NCBI GenBank assembly: GCA_977020255.1
Contig: CDROCS010000090.1
Span: 62,001-126,000, forward strand
Direction: 5' to 3'
Length of the DNA: 64,000 nt
Source: Obrimoposthia wandeli
Taxonomy: Eukaryota
Part shown: positions 1-9,870 of the stretch, one piece after another
Layout: each line of letters begins with the position of its first letter
Position numbering within the stretch: position 1 is the stretch's first letter
The notes under the pieces: model-generated
The model's input: the letters and a program-made list of their open reading frames with translations, nothing else
Databases searched by the model: none
Told to the model about the DNA's origin: nothing
Position numbers and translations under genes: made by a program

Positions 1-9
1 TATATACTT

Positions 10-400
10 CTTATTTCCAGAACTCGCCGCATATAGTGGGGCTGCAATATTAACATAATCTTTAATAAATTTTCGATAATATTTTGTCATTCCTAAGAAT
101 GACCTTAGTTTTCAGTTAGTTTCGGTATAACCTACTAAATTTTAACTGTTTCTGACTAATGTAGCATTTATTAGGGTTTATTTTGAGGCCTTCAGCTGCA
201 ATTCTTTTGATAATAAATTAATGTTCTCCTTGGTTGTTACTATAAATAAAGATGTCATTCAGATATACAATTGTCCCTTTGAACAGCAAACTAACCAATA
301 TTTTATGCATCAGACTCTGGAATGTTGCAGGTGCTATTGCCTACCCAAATGGCAACTGATTGATTTAAAATTGTCCCAATTTTTTCTGAATGCAGTTTTT
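10..400 (-). mobile_element. Ty3/Gypsy reverse transcriptase/connection pseudogene fragment
   Basis: The minus-strand translation, with stops and frameshifts, reads KTAF...LPFG*AIAPATFQSLMHKIL...IVYLNDIFIYS...GLKINPNKC...LRSFLGMTKYYRKFIKDYVNIAAPLY. These are canonical Gypsy RT motifs. Confidence 0.75.
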
Positions 401-1050
401 GTCTGATACTCATATCTTGGCGTGGTCGCAAGTTATGTTTTCTATTGTATAAAGTTAGATTCCACAGCACAATTTATATTATACAGGTATAGGCAGCTAT
501 ATGTGAACAAATCCTTTCAGTAGGATATATCCAGTTTCTGATTACATAACTGAAATGAAACAACTATATTGTATTTCGTAAAATAAGTTATTGAAGCGCA
601 ATTGTTTATAAAGTTTCTTTATCAGCAAAATATAATTTATTTGATAAAACGTTTTCTTTCTTTTATATAATAATAAAAAACAAGAATCAAATAAAATTTG
701 TATTCAGGCTCCAATCGGTTAATTTTAAATTCATTGTTTAACTAGCCAATAATTAACTGGTAAACTGATGGGAACTCATAATTATTTGATACGCATTTTA
801 TTGAACGTCAATATTTTCTAAAAATGTAAAATATTAAATAAATAATTTGATAAATTTTTTTAAAAAAATTATTATTCAAGCGTAAAGAAAAAGTTATGTA
901 AGGATAATAAAGGCAAGAAGTACACCGTACTTAATAAAACATATATGTTAATATTATCTGGCTCAAGAACAACAAATCCAAAATTCAATTTATTGTAATA
1001 TAAAACAAGTTTGTTATTAAATTCAAATCAATTTGTTGAAATATACAATT

Positions 1051-1187
1051 TTGTTAGACTACTAATTGGGATTATCAAAATTCTGAAATAAATCAATCAA
1101 TTATTTCTTGAAAATATTCAATTTTTGTTGGACTTCTAATTGGGATTATCCAAATTCTGAAATAAATCAATCAATTATTTCTTGAAA
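1051..1187. repeat. Two-copy tandem duplication, ~75-bp unit
   Basis: TTGTT(A/G)GACT(A/T)CTAATTGGGATTATC(A/C)AAATTCTGAAATAAATCAATCAATTATTTCTTGAAA occurs at ~1051 and ~1126. Confidence 0.85.
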
Positions 1188-1249
1188 CACAGACATAATA
1201 ATTTTGCTACTACTGTCTAAATAATATTGTTACTTTCCTATATATAGGA

Positions 1250-1800
1250 TGTCACATATCATCAGACAGAAAAAGATTCGGCATACATGCACGCACCAAC
1301 ACAGATGCGCACACTTTTGGGAACCGTCACCAGCTGAACACACGATCGGACTGTGCACAGCAAAAAACACAGCCAATCTGGACCCGCATCTAAATTGTAT
1401 GGGTAAAAACATATTACTATGATAAACTATCACACACATACACATATGACGGTGATGATATATTTATGTATGAGAAGAGATGCGTAGTGAGGATGAAAGA
1501 GAAAGAGTGGGTGAGTAAGTGAGTGTGTGAGTGGGTGACTTTATTTGTGTATGTATGTGATTTTGATTTTATTTTTGCATGTGTGTGTGTTTTTACTTCT
1601 TCTTTGCACAAAAACACCATGTTCGTCGGCAAATGATAAAGGAAGAATCTTTCCTTCTTATCTCTGACTTCGCGGGCAATTGCCCACAGCGAAGTCAGAG
1701 ATAAGTCTGCCATCCCCCTGATGAGCCCTACAGGGCGAAACCGGTTAGGCCGGTCGGGGATTGATCAATATATAATAAAAAGCTAAAGTGCATAAAGATT
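1250..1800 (+). mobile_element. Probable 3' remnant (ORF end plus pseudo-LTR) of a Penelope-like retroelement, or a retrozyme-like unit
   Basis: It carries a type I hammerhead ribozyme, which is characteristic of PLE pLTRs and metazoan retrozymes. One upstream frame ends ...HQLNTRSDCAQQKTQPIWTRI*, loosely like the tail after a PLE GIY-YIG domain. This assignment is inference only. Confidence 0.4.
1712..1761 (+). ncRNA. Type I hammerhead ribozyme
   Basis: The layout is ATCCCC-CTGATGA-GCCC(TACA)GGGC-GAA-ACCGG(TTAGG)CCGGT-C-GGGGAT. The CUGAUGA and GAAA core is complete, and stems I (6 bp), II (4 bp) and III (5 bp) all pair. The GUC cleavage triplet predicts a cut after C1755. Confidence 0.92.
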
Positions 1801-1979
1801 TCTACTTCAAAAATTTCCCTAATTAAGGAAATTTCTTAATTAATTAATTTTATATTTTAATATGTTTTATTTTTTCCAAAAACTGCCTCAACATATATAC
1901 AATTTTAATTAGTACATATAAGTAATATATGTAAGTTATACTTAAACAGGGTTAATATATTAAACAATAAAAAAGAAAC

Positions 1980-2560
1980 TAATGGCATTTGCTTCAATCT
2001 TCAATCTTCTTATTCTTAACATCATATTTATTTCCGGAAGAATTAGCTTTTTTATTAAGAAAAGTTGATTGATTTTGTATATTTTCTTTAGAGGTTAATG
2101 GTTTTAAGTATTTCTGTTGTGTAAAGCATTGTATATCTTTATATTTTTGTTGTGTATGTTATTGTATGTTGTATATGTTTTGTGGTTGTTTCTTTCATGT
2201 TTTCATTTACTTCGATTAAAAACCAGTAACCGCAAAAATTGTGGGATGGTATAGTTTAAATGTTTCTTTTCCTAGAATTGTTATTTTTGTTAGGTTTTCA
2301 CAACTCTTAAATTTGTGTCTTCATTGTCTGTACATTAATGGTTTGTTGATGATCACATATTTCCTATTAGGTATAATTATTTTTTCTAGATATCTTAAAT
2401 ATTTTATTGTGAAATTTGTCTTTGTATAAGATTTTGCAAATTGTTTTTCGGTATCTTTTCAAAATTTAGAATCGAGTCCTCTATATCTAATTCTTGAGGC
2501 CTTTGTCCAAATCATTTTCAAAATTTAAATTTCCATTTTTTCATAATGTTATATATTGTT
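1980..2560 (-). mobile_element. Possible highly decayed Penelope-like RT-thumb/GIY-YIG fragment
   Basis: There are weak minus-strand peptide echoes (QELDIEDSILNFEKIPKNNLQNLI; LILPEINMMLRIRRLKIEANAI) among many stops. Confidence 0.25.
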
Positions 2561-2599
2561 GTACGTTTTGCTGTTATTTTTTGATATTGATGTTAATTA

Positions 2600-2803
2600 T
2601 GCATAGGTTTCTATAATTCTTATTACCATGAAATTACTTATTGAATGAAGAATCTCAGTTAAAGACTGCTTTTTGTTCGAAAACTCATTAATATTGTTTT
2701 AAGAGACTTCCTTTTGTGTTATCTTCCGCTCCTAGTACAATTCAGAGATTAATGAATGTTACGTTTAGCGATTTATTATATAAAGGAATAGTAATATATA
2801 TAG
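2600..2803 (+). mobile_element. Ty3/Gypsy RT fragment, interrupted at the YxDD motif
   Basis: It translates LLNEESQLKTAFCSKTH*YCFKRLPFVLSSAPSTIQRLMNVTFSDLLYKGIVIYI and stops abruptly at the TIR starting at 2804. Confidence 0.8.
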
Positions 2804-3125
2804 AGTATGTGGATGTGTTCGGTCTAATCCACACCCCTCCCCCTGTCCTTTAAAAGCGTACATGTATGTGGAGTGAAATTTCACTCCACACACATGCACG
2901 GTTTTAAAGGACAGGGGGGAGGGGTCCCGAACTTTATTCGCGCCTGTAGGCGCGAATGGCTTGGGATGCGGGGTCTATATAACAGTTTTCCCGCCCACCA
3001 CGCTCGCATCTTGGGATGACGACTATATCCTAGTTTTTTCGCCCCTACCAGGGCAAACCACCAACGGCCCAACCGCCCAACACCCAACCGCCCAACACCT
3101 AATCGCCCAACACCCACTGCCAACA
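2804..3125 (+). repeat. Left terminal inverted repeat with ~90-bp internal palindrome and C-rich repeats
   Basis: It matches the reverse complement of 8240-8465. It contains a palindrome at 2834-2924 centred on GTGAAA|TTTCAC, a hairpin TTCGCGCC-TGTA-GGCGCGAA at 2937-2956, and CCCAACA/CCCAACCG repeats at ~3066-3130. Confidence 0.85.
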
Positions 3126-4499
3126 CCCAATGGAGGTTTACATGCTGTTTGTATTGTTATTGCATTTTTATCTCTTTCAATGGGTGTTAGTTCAGCATGG
3201 AATCTTGTTAAAGCTAAATGCAGTATTGCAGTGCTTAATACAACTTTACTTAATCAAATACGTATTTTTAATCATTATCATACATAAATTGTATTTATCA
3301 TGTTTCTACCATTATCCAATAAGATTTTTGTTGTATATAAACAGTCAACGTTTTGACCATACTTCATTATAATGTCTACTTATAATTATTTCAAACAAGA
3401 TGTTGATTATAATTGTTCAATATGTCAAACAACTCAGGTATAATTCATAAATTTCCTCACATATATCAATAAATTCTAGATTATCCCTTTCAGATTTAGC
3501 CTCTAATTCATCCTAATGTCAATTCTTTAGCACTATTCTTCATTATTGCATCTAAATTTCAATAAAATACTTCAAACATTATATTTTAAAAAAATTGAAT
3601 ACCTAACTTTGATTTCAATTGAAGGAATGTAGAAGGAATAGATGAAATGCTTTAATATTGGCTTTGGAACGATAATATTGATGACTTCGATAAAACTCTC
3701 TTTGAAAATAACTTATTTACTATGTATTAATGAAATAGTTAATTTGAATAATTTTCTTTCTCATTCAATGTCTTAATATTAATTGATTTAAAGTATTTTT
3801 TAATGAAGATAGATCAACATTGGTTCAGGAAACCATTTATATGAACCAAAACTATTAATAGTAATCATAAAGATTTTACCCGATTTTTTATAAATAAATG
3901 ATGACTTTATCAATACTCAGAAGTTGTTTCTTTAAGTTTTCCTTAATACCTATTGACTTATAAGCAGCTATTTACAACATCATTGATTATTTTAAACTAT
4001 AAAATCAATAATTGGGAATATGCACACTAATCGTTATTACTCAATATCTAATCTAAGCCTCTAACTGCTAATACTCTAACCTCGATCTCTAATATTCTAA
4101 TTCTAATTATATCCTCTATCACTATTGTGGATTATCATTTTACCAAAATATATGCGAAACCTTTACAAGGAGATGGTAAAAGTTTGAATAATATCTCTGC
4201 TTTTGTAATAATTGTCTTCGTTATGACCGAAATATGAGTAAAATACTTATATTATGATTAATTTTTGGTATAACTCGCTTTGAAGCACTGTAAAGCTGAA
4301 ATTCGATATGATCGCTTATATCATAATCTTAAATGAAATGACCGGAATATTGATAAAATACGATGAATAATTTCACTATAGTTTTAGAACAGTAGTCTTA
4401 TTTCCCTTCTAAACCACCTAAATATCATAAGTATCTTCTAAATCACATTAAATTTCCTTTCAAAGTCAAATATATCCTATATTTTTTCTTCTGAATCCT

Positions 4500-5620
4500 A
4501 CTAACCTTATATACATCGCTTTTATTTTCATTCAATCTAGCTATCTAGGCTATATTTTCTGATACCTCCTAAACATCCCTGCTAAATCCCTTCTAAACCC
4601 TTCAAAGCTTTAATCTTTCTTCTGAACCATCTAAACATCCCCGTTAAATTTCACTCTAAATTCATCTAATTTCTTCTTCTGAAACCTCCCCATATAAATT
4701 CTCTTCTGAACCAATTTAAGTTATATTTCCTCTTCTGAAACCTCTTGAAATATCCGTTAAATCCTCCTTTAATATCTTTTAAGGTTATATTTTCTCTTCT
4801 GAAATCTCTTGAACTCCCCGGTTAAATTCTCCTTTGAACCCTCTAGGCTTTAATTCCCCCTATGAACCAATTTAGGTTTTTATTTCTTTTTCTGAAACTT
4901 CCTAAATACTCCTTTTAAATACTCCTCTAAACGCCTTTTAAGGCTATATTTTCTGATACCTCCTAAACACTCCTGCTAAATCCCTTCTAAACCCTTCAAA
5001 TCTATAATCTTTATTCTGAAACCTCTTGAACACTTTTTTAATTTGTCTTTTATAACCATTCTATGCATTAATATTTCTTCTATAACCTTCTAAATACCTC
5101 GTAAATTTCCTCTTTGAACTCTTCTATGTAATAAACTTCCTAAATACTTCGTAAATTTCTTCTTTGAACCTCTTAAACACCCCATTAAATTCCTCTTTGA
5201 ACTCTTCTATGTGATTATTTATTTTATAAACTTCCTAAATACTTCGTAAATTTCTTCTTTGAACTTCTAAACATCCCGTTAAATTCCATTCCCAAATACC
5301 TAAATCTCTTAAATAAATCACATCAATTTCACTTCATAATCCAATCTAGGCTATATATTTTTCTTTTGATACCTCGTATCGTTAATTTCTCCTCTAAACC
5401 GCTACTTATTTTATTATCTTTAATCTTCTATGTATTAATTACTCTTCTAGAGAACCTTTTAAACAAATCGCGAGTTTCTCTTCTAAAACTCTATCCATTA
5501 TTTTCTATTCTTAAACCTTATAAACACAAATGTCATATCTCATCTAAATGTAACAAATCTCATGCATCTTGTTAATTTCTCTTATAGAACCTTTTATGTA
5601 TAATTTCTTTACTAGACCGA
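4500..5620. repeat. Degenerate pyrimidine-rich minisatellite (~60-70-bp units)
   Basis: The motifs TTCTTCTGAAACCTC, TAAATTCCTCTTTGAAC and CCTAAACA recur. Near-identical ~70-bp blocks sit at ~4548 and ~4943, and ~38-bp blocks at ~5131 and ~5228. Confidence 0.75.
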
Positions 5621-6886
5621 TCATAATTTATTTGAAGTAATAAATCGACTGGTTGTTGATGTTTGAAAATAAGTTTCTAAGTTTCCATAATATTGATAAC
5701 ATTAATGAATCAATAAGCTTGTAGAGTTTTGTAAGAATTTTCTTGTTTGATATATCGATCAATGAAAAATTATTTTTTGAGAATATAGTTAACAATAGAC
5801 TCAAGTAATATGAATAAATTATGACTGAGATAAATACATACTCTAAACATTATTGAATAAATTATATCAATAAATGATACTTGAAAATAATAATTTTAGG
5901 TTTAAATGAATCGAAAGAGAGAATATAATTTAATCCATTTCTAGTCCTGATGTAATAATTTCTAAACAAAATGTTCCAATATAGTATTGATATCCGATGT
6001 TTACTAGTGATAATTTAATTAATTACTTATTTATTATATAGATTAATTTCCTTAAATAAGCTAATCTTCAAACAATATTCTTTGAAACAAAAAATAGAAA
6101 TGTAAACTAATCATTTTTTAGTAACAAAACTTTTACAGATTCTTTTACAAATAAAAACTTTTTCAAAAGAAAGTAGATAACATTTTAGATTTAATTAATG
6201 AATCATTTTGAAATTTAATAAAATTCTTAGTTAAAGATGCATAGTAAAATTAATAATATACTCTAGATCGTAAATTGACTAATTGATCATAGTAATCTCT
6301 CTAATTATCCGTATAATTGACCGTAATAAACTCTCACTTTGTGATCATTATATACTCTCTTCAAATTATATCTTTAATACACTGAGGAATACTTTAAATA
6401 TGTTGAAGAGAAATCCAATGAGTGCATCTACCATATAAGAAACCATGAAAAACTTTATTGACGCGCTGGCACATAATAATCAACCGGAAATACAACTTAT
6501 TTATTCTGAAAGTAATTCTGTCCTTAAACTAAAATCAAAGAAAATTTATAGAAATATGGATAAATTCACTGAAAAATTATCAATTATTTGCTTTATAATT
6601 TGCATTATTCTAAAAAATCCATGGTAAATTTATCTTCTAATCTATAAATTGACTGAAAATCGAACTTTCTAGTTCGAAATTTACATTATTCTGAAAGATT
6701 ATACAGTACATTTATTAATTTGTCAACTAAAATCACTATAAATGATCTAAGATTCTACTTTTGCATCTTATATTACATTATTCTGAAATATACACGAAAC
6801 AATTTATTCTATAATCCATAAATATAAACATAAAATGATTAAAAATCGAACTTTTTATATCCAAATTAGAATTTTTTCTAAAGTGT

Positions 6887-7339
6887 CATAATGTAGACGT
6901 GCAAGATGCACTGTTATCAGCAATGGTTTCAGATGGGTTATTAGACACATCGAAATTTTCTATAAACCATCCTTTAGCCAATACTGCGATAGGCAAGTGT
7001 AAGGATGAGAGTAAGCAATGTAGATATAAGTAATGGGTACTTTTACGCCCCAAATCATATAGCTTAGAAACTATAGACGGAAAGTCCCAGATGAGAGCAA
7101 ATGAAATTAGCCTTAAGCAGACTGCGCTACGCCATGCAAATTATTTAGCTGCATATGAGAGTGGGGTTAGTGAACGAGTGCAACAACAACGCATTAGTTC
7201 AATTAATCACCAGCTATATACCGTAAATATGAGTAAGATCGCATTGAGTAGCAATGACGATAAGAGAAAATGGGTAGAGAAAAATCGGTCAGTTGTCTAC
7301 GGACATCACAGATATCCAGTTGTTTTTTCACTTGAATGA
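6887..7339 (+). pseudogene. Protein-primed DNA polymerase B (Polinton-type), C-terminal fragment, copy 1
   Basis: It reads DALLSAMVSDGLLDTSKF...IGKCKDESK...*WVLLRPKSYSL...RISSINHQLYTVNMSKIALSSNDDKRKW...VYGH. The GKxKDE, LRPKxYS and DDKR motifs of pPolB are present. Confidence 0.85.
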
Positions 7340-7839
7340 TTGTTTTTGTATGTTTGAATTTATATATCACAAATTTATTGTACCTAATTTTTATCTTTGG
7401 TTTAATAAATATTTGTATCCAATTCGTCTTTGTCTTTTTCTAAGTATAAAATTTTAATTCTAAAGTATAAAAGTTCTGTGTAAAATTATATTTTTAAACT
7501 ATAAAAATTTTGTAAACAATTTTAATTTCTGTTAAAATTTTTGGAAATTTTAAGAATTTTTTAAAGCCATTTTGAAAATTTTAAATTTGGCGCAAAAAAT
7601 TGCGTCTTATTCAAATAAATAATTTTTTTGTAGTTATTTTCACGCCTGGAGATTGAGAATAAAGCCCGCCCGAAGGGGCGGGCGTTTTCTTGGGGGCTGG
7701 GGTGTGACACGTGTCGTCTACATGTGTAGTTGTCATGGTGAGAGGTAGATGGGTAAAGTGATTGAAACAAGTACTGTAGTTATTTTCGTGAGAATAGAGC
7801 TCGTCTTGAAGGGGCGGGTTGTGGGCGGCGGTGTGTTTG

Positions 7840-8215
7840 ATGAGTGTTGTGTGTGTTGTGTGGGTGTTGTGGGTGTGATGTGGGTGGTGTGGGTGTTGTG
7901 GGTGGTGTGGGTGGTGTGTGTGGTGTGGGTGTTGTGTGGTGGTGTGGGTGGTGTGGGTGGTGTGGGTGGTGTGGTTGGTGTGGGGTGGGGTGGTGTGGGG
8001 TGGTGTGGGGTGGTGTGGGGTGGTGTGGGGTGGTGTGGGGTGGTGTGGGGTGGTGTGGGGTGGTGTGGGGTGGTGTGGGGTGGTGTGGGGTGGTGTGGGG
8101 TGGTGTGGGGTGGTGTGGGGTGGTGTGGGGTGGTGTGGGGTGGTGTGGGGTGGTGTGGGGTGGTGTGGGTGTTGTGTGGGTGGAGTGGGTTGTGTGGGTG
8201 GTGTGGGTTATGGGT
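7840..8215 (+). repeat. G/T-rich tandem array, (TGGTGTGGGG)17 perfect core with 9-mer variant flanks
   Basis: There are 17 perfect 10-mers at 7991-8160, flanked by degenerate GGTGTGGGT units. The three overlapping ORFs listed here are by-products of the repeat. Confidence 0.97.
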
Positions 8216-8239
8216 TTGTGAGAATAGAGCCCACCCGAA

Positions 8240-8465
8240 GGGGCGGGCGGTGGGTGTTGGGCGGTGGGCCGTTGGTGGTTCGCTCCGAGAGGGGGGAAAA
8301 AACTAGGATTTAGTCGTCATCCCAAGGCGCGAGCGTGGTGGGCAGGAAAACTGTGATATAGTCTGCATCCCGAGCCATTGGAGTGAAATTTCACTCCACA
8401 CACATGCACGATTTTAAAGGACAGGTGGGAGGGGGTGTGGATTAGACCAGACCCATCCACCTACT
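8240..8465 (-). repeat. Right terminal inverted repeat of the Polinton-like element
   Basis: Its reverse complement aligns with 2804-3125 except for a missing ~70 bp (the inner palindrome arm plus the small hairpin). Confidence 0.85.
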
Positions 8466-8519
8466 ATATATATGATTTGCTCGTATTCCTCCGCTTCTAC
8501 CGTTGCTTCTGTAGCTCCT

Positions 8520-9870
8520 TCTGTACGAGTCGAGCTCATCCAGGATCCGGAGATGTATCGTCTCTTCCGGTCCGGGATTCGAAAGGGTATGACCTCCGTG
8601 AATGAGCACTAGGTGGATGCCATCAACGGTACAGAACATTTGTACATATATGTGAACAATTTGTACGGGTGAGCGATGTCTCAGTTTTTACCTTGTGGTA
8701 ACTTTTCCTGGGTAACTGATCGATTATAGTTGGAGAATATTATTTCTAGCTTAAAATAAGCGGATTTGTCCTGTAGTCGCTTTGCTAATTTATTGGAAAT
8801 AGATTTCTCCATTCCCTATGAGCTACATAGTAAATTCGACGATCTTCCCCTTGATCCAATTAAACAGCCTCCACCAGGGTGTAAGACTGAAAAATTATTA
8901 TTTACACACTACCCTAAGAAACATTATGTTATACATTATATATTGCTACAAATGTATGTTAGACTTGGCGCTAAGGTAGATTTTGTATACAGAGCAATAC
9001 AGTTTGAGCAAACTAATGTTTTTTCAAAATATATTGATAAAAATTCGCTTAAAGAGCTGCAGCTACAACAGATTTTGAGTGAGATTATTATAAACTGAAG
9101 GTGAATTCTTTATTTGAAAAACTCATTGAGAATCTAATGAAAAGAATGAACCTTCGGATTTGTAATACTCCACAGAAGCTGGTAACCTATTGTAGTAAAG
9201 CCCACTTTCGTAGGACAATCGAAATCGATACGGACCTTATCGCAGTTCTAATGAATAAAGAAAATATTGTTTTGGATCGTCCTAGTTATATAGGGCAGGT
9301 AGTATTAGATTTAAGCAAACTTCGTATGTATGAGCTACAATATATGCAGTTGGAGAAATATCGAGCTCAATTTAACTGTGACATTAGAATTTTAGCAGGT
9401 GACACTGATAGTTTTTTCTTGAAGTGTAATAATGTAAATGTTCAAGAATCACTGTTACCTGCTATGATTGGTGATGGACTGTTGGATACCTCAAAATTTC
9501 CAAAAACCCATCCTCCTTATACAACGCTTAATACAGCGATTGGAAATTTTAAAGACGAGAGCAAGGTATTATTGAGTTATAGGCAAGGGATCTTTCTACG
9601 TCCAAAATAATATAGCTTAGAGACTACATATGTAAATCTCAGATGAGAGCTAAAGGTCTTCAACAGACAGGTATTAGACACTCTAATTACTTAGCCGTCT
9701 ATGAGACTGGCGTTAGCGAGCGTATTCAACAAAGTCGTATAACTTCCGTTAATCATCAGCAATATACTATACATTTATCTAAAATAACATTGTGTAGTGC
9801 ATATGAAAAGCGGAAATAGGTGAAGAAGAATCGCTCAGTTGCATATGGTCATTATCTCCATCTCGATGAG
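8520..9870 (+). pseudogene. Protein-primed DNA polymerase B (Polinton-type), polymerase domain, copy 2
   Basis: The stitched frames read VELIQDPEMYRLFRSGIR...YVNNLYG*AMSQFLPCGNFSW...EKLLFT...YVIHY..LQ.YVRLG...NSLF.K.IEN...RPSYIGQVVLDLSKLRMYE...LAGDTDSFF...IGNFKDE...LRPK*YS. It includes listed ORFs 8766-9098 and 9101-9610 and has several stops and frameshifts. Confidence 0.92.

Larger units (their letters stand above)
2804..8465. mobile_element. Decayed, internally deleted Polinton/Maverick-like element bounded by inverted repeats
   Basis: 2804-~3125 and ~8240-8465 are inverted copies (AGTA(T/G)GTGGATG..GGTCTAATCCACACCCC...). The ends start with AGT, and the flanks ATATAG / ATATAT fit a 6-bp TSD with one mismatch. 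A pPolB C-terminal fragment lies inside. No integrase, capsid or ATPase genes were recognisable. Confidence 0.65.

Noticed and set aside
1417-1713. 98-aa minus-strand ORF rich in H/T/S
   Set aside because: It derives from the CA/CT low-complexity tract and overlaps the structured RNA on the other strand. It has no protein motif.
3041-3060. GCCCCTACCAGGGCAAACC resembling the hammerhead stem II/GAAA region
   Set aside because: There is no CTGATGA core, and the matching position in the other TIR differs. It is probably coincidence.
4500-5620. CRISPR-like repeat-spacer array
   Set aside because: The units are degenerate and contiguous with no unique spacers, the context is eukaryotic, and there are no cas genes.
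7749-8313. Three overlapping G/V/W/C-rich ORFs (125-185 aa)
   Set aside because: They are artefacts of the stop-free TGGTGTGGGG array, which is open in all three frames.
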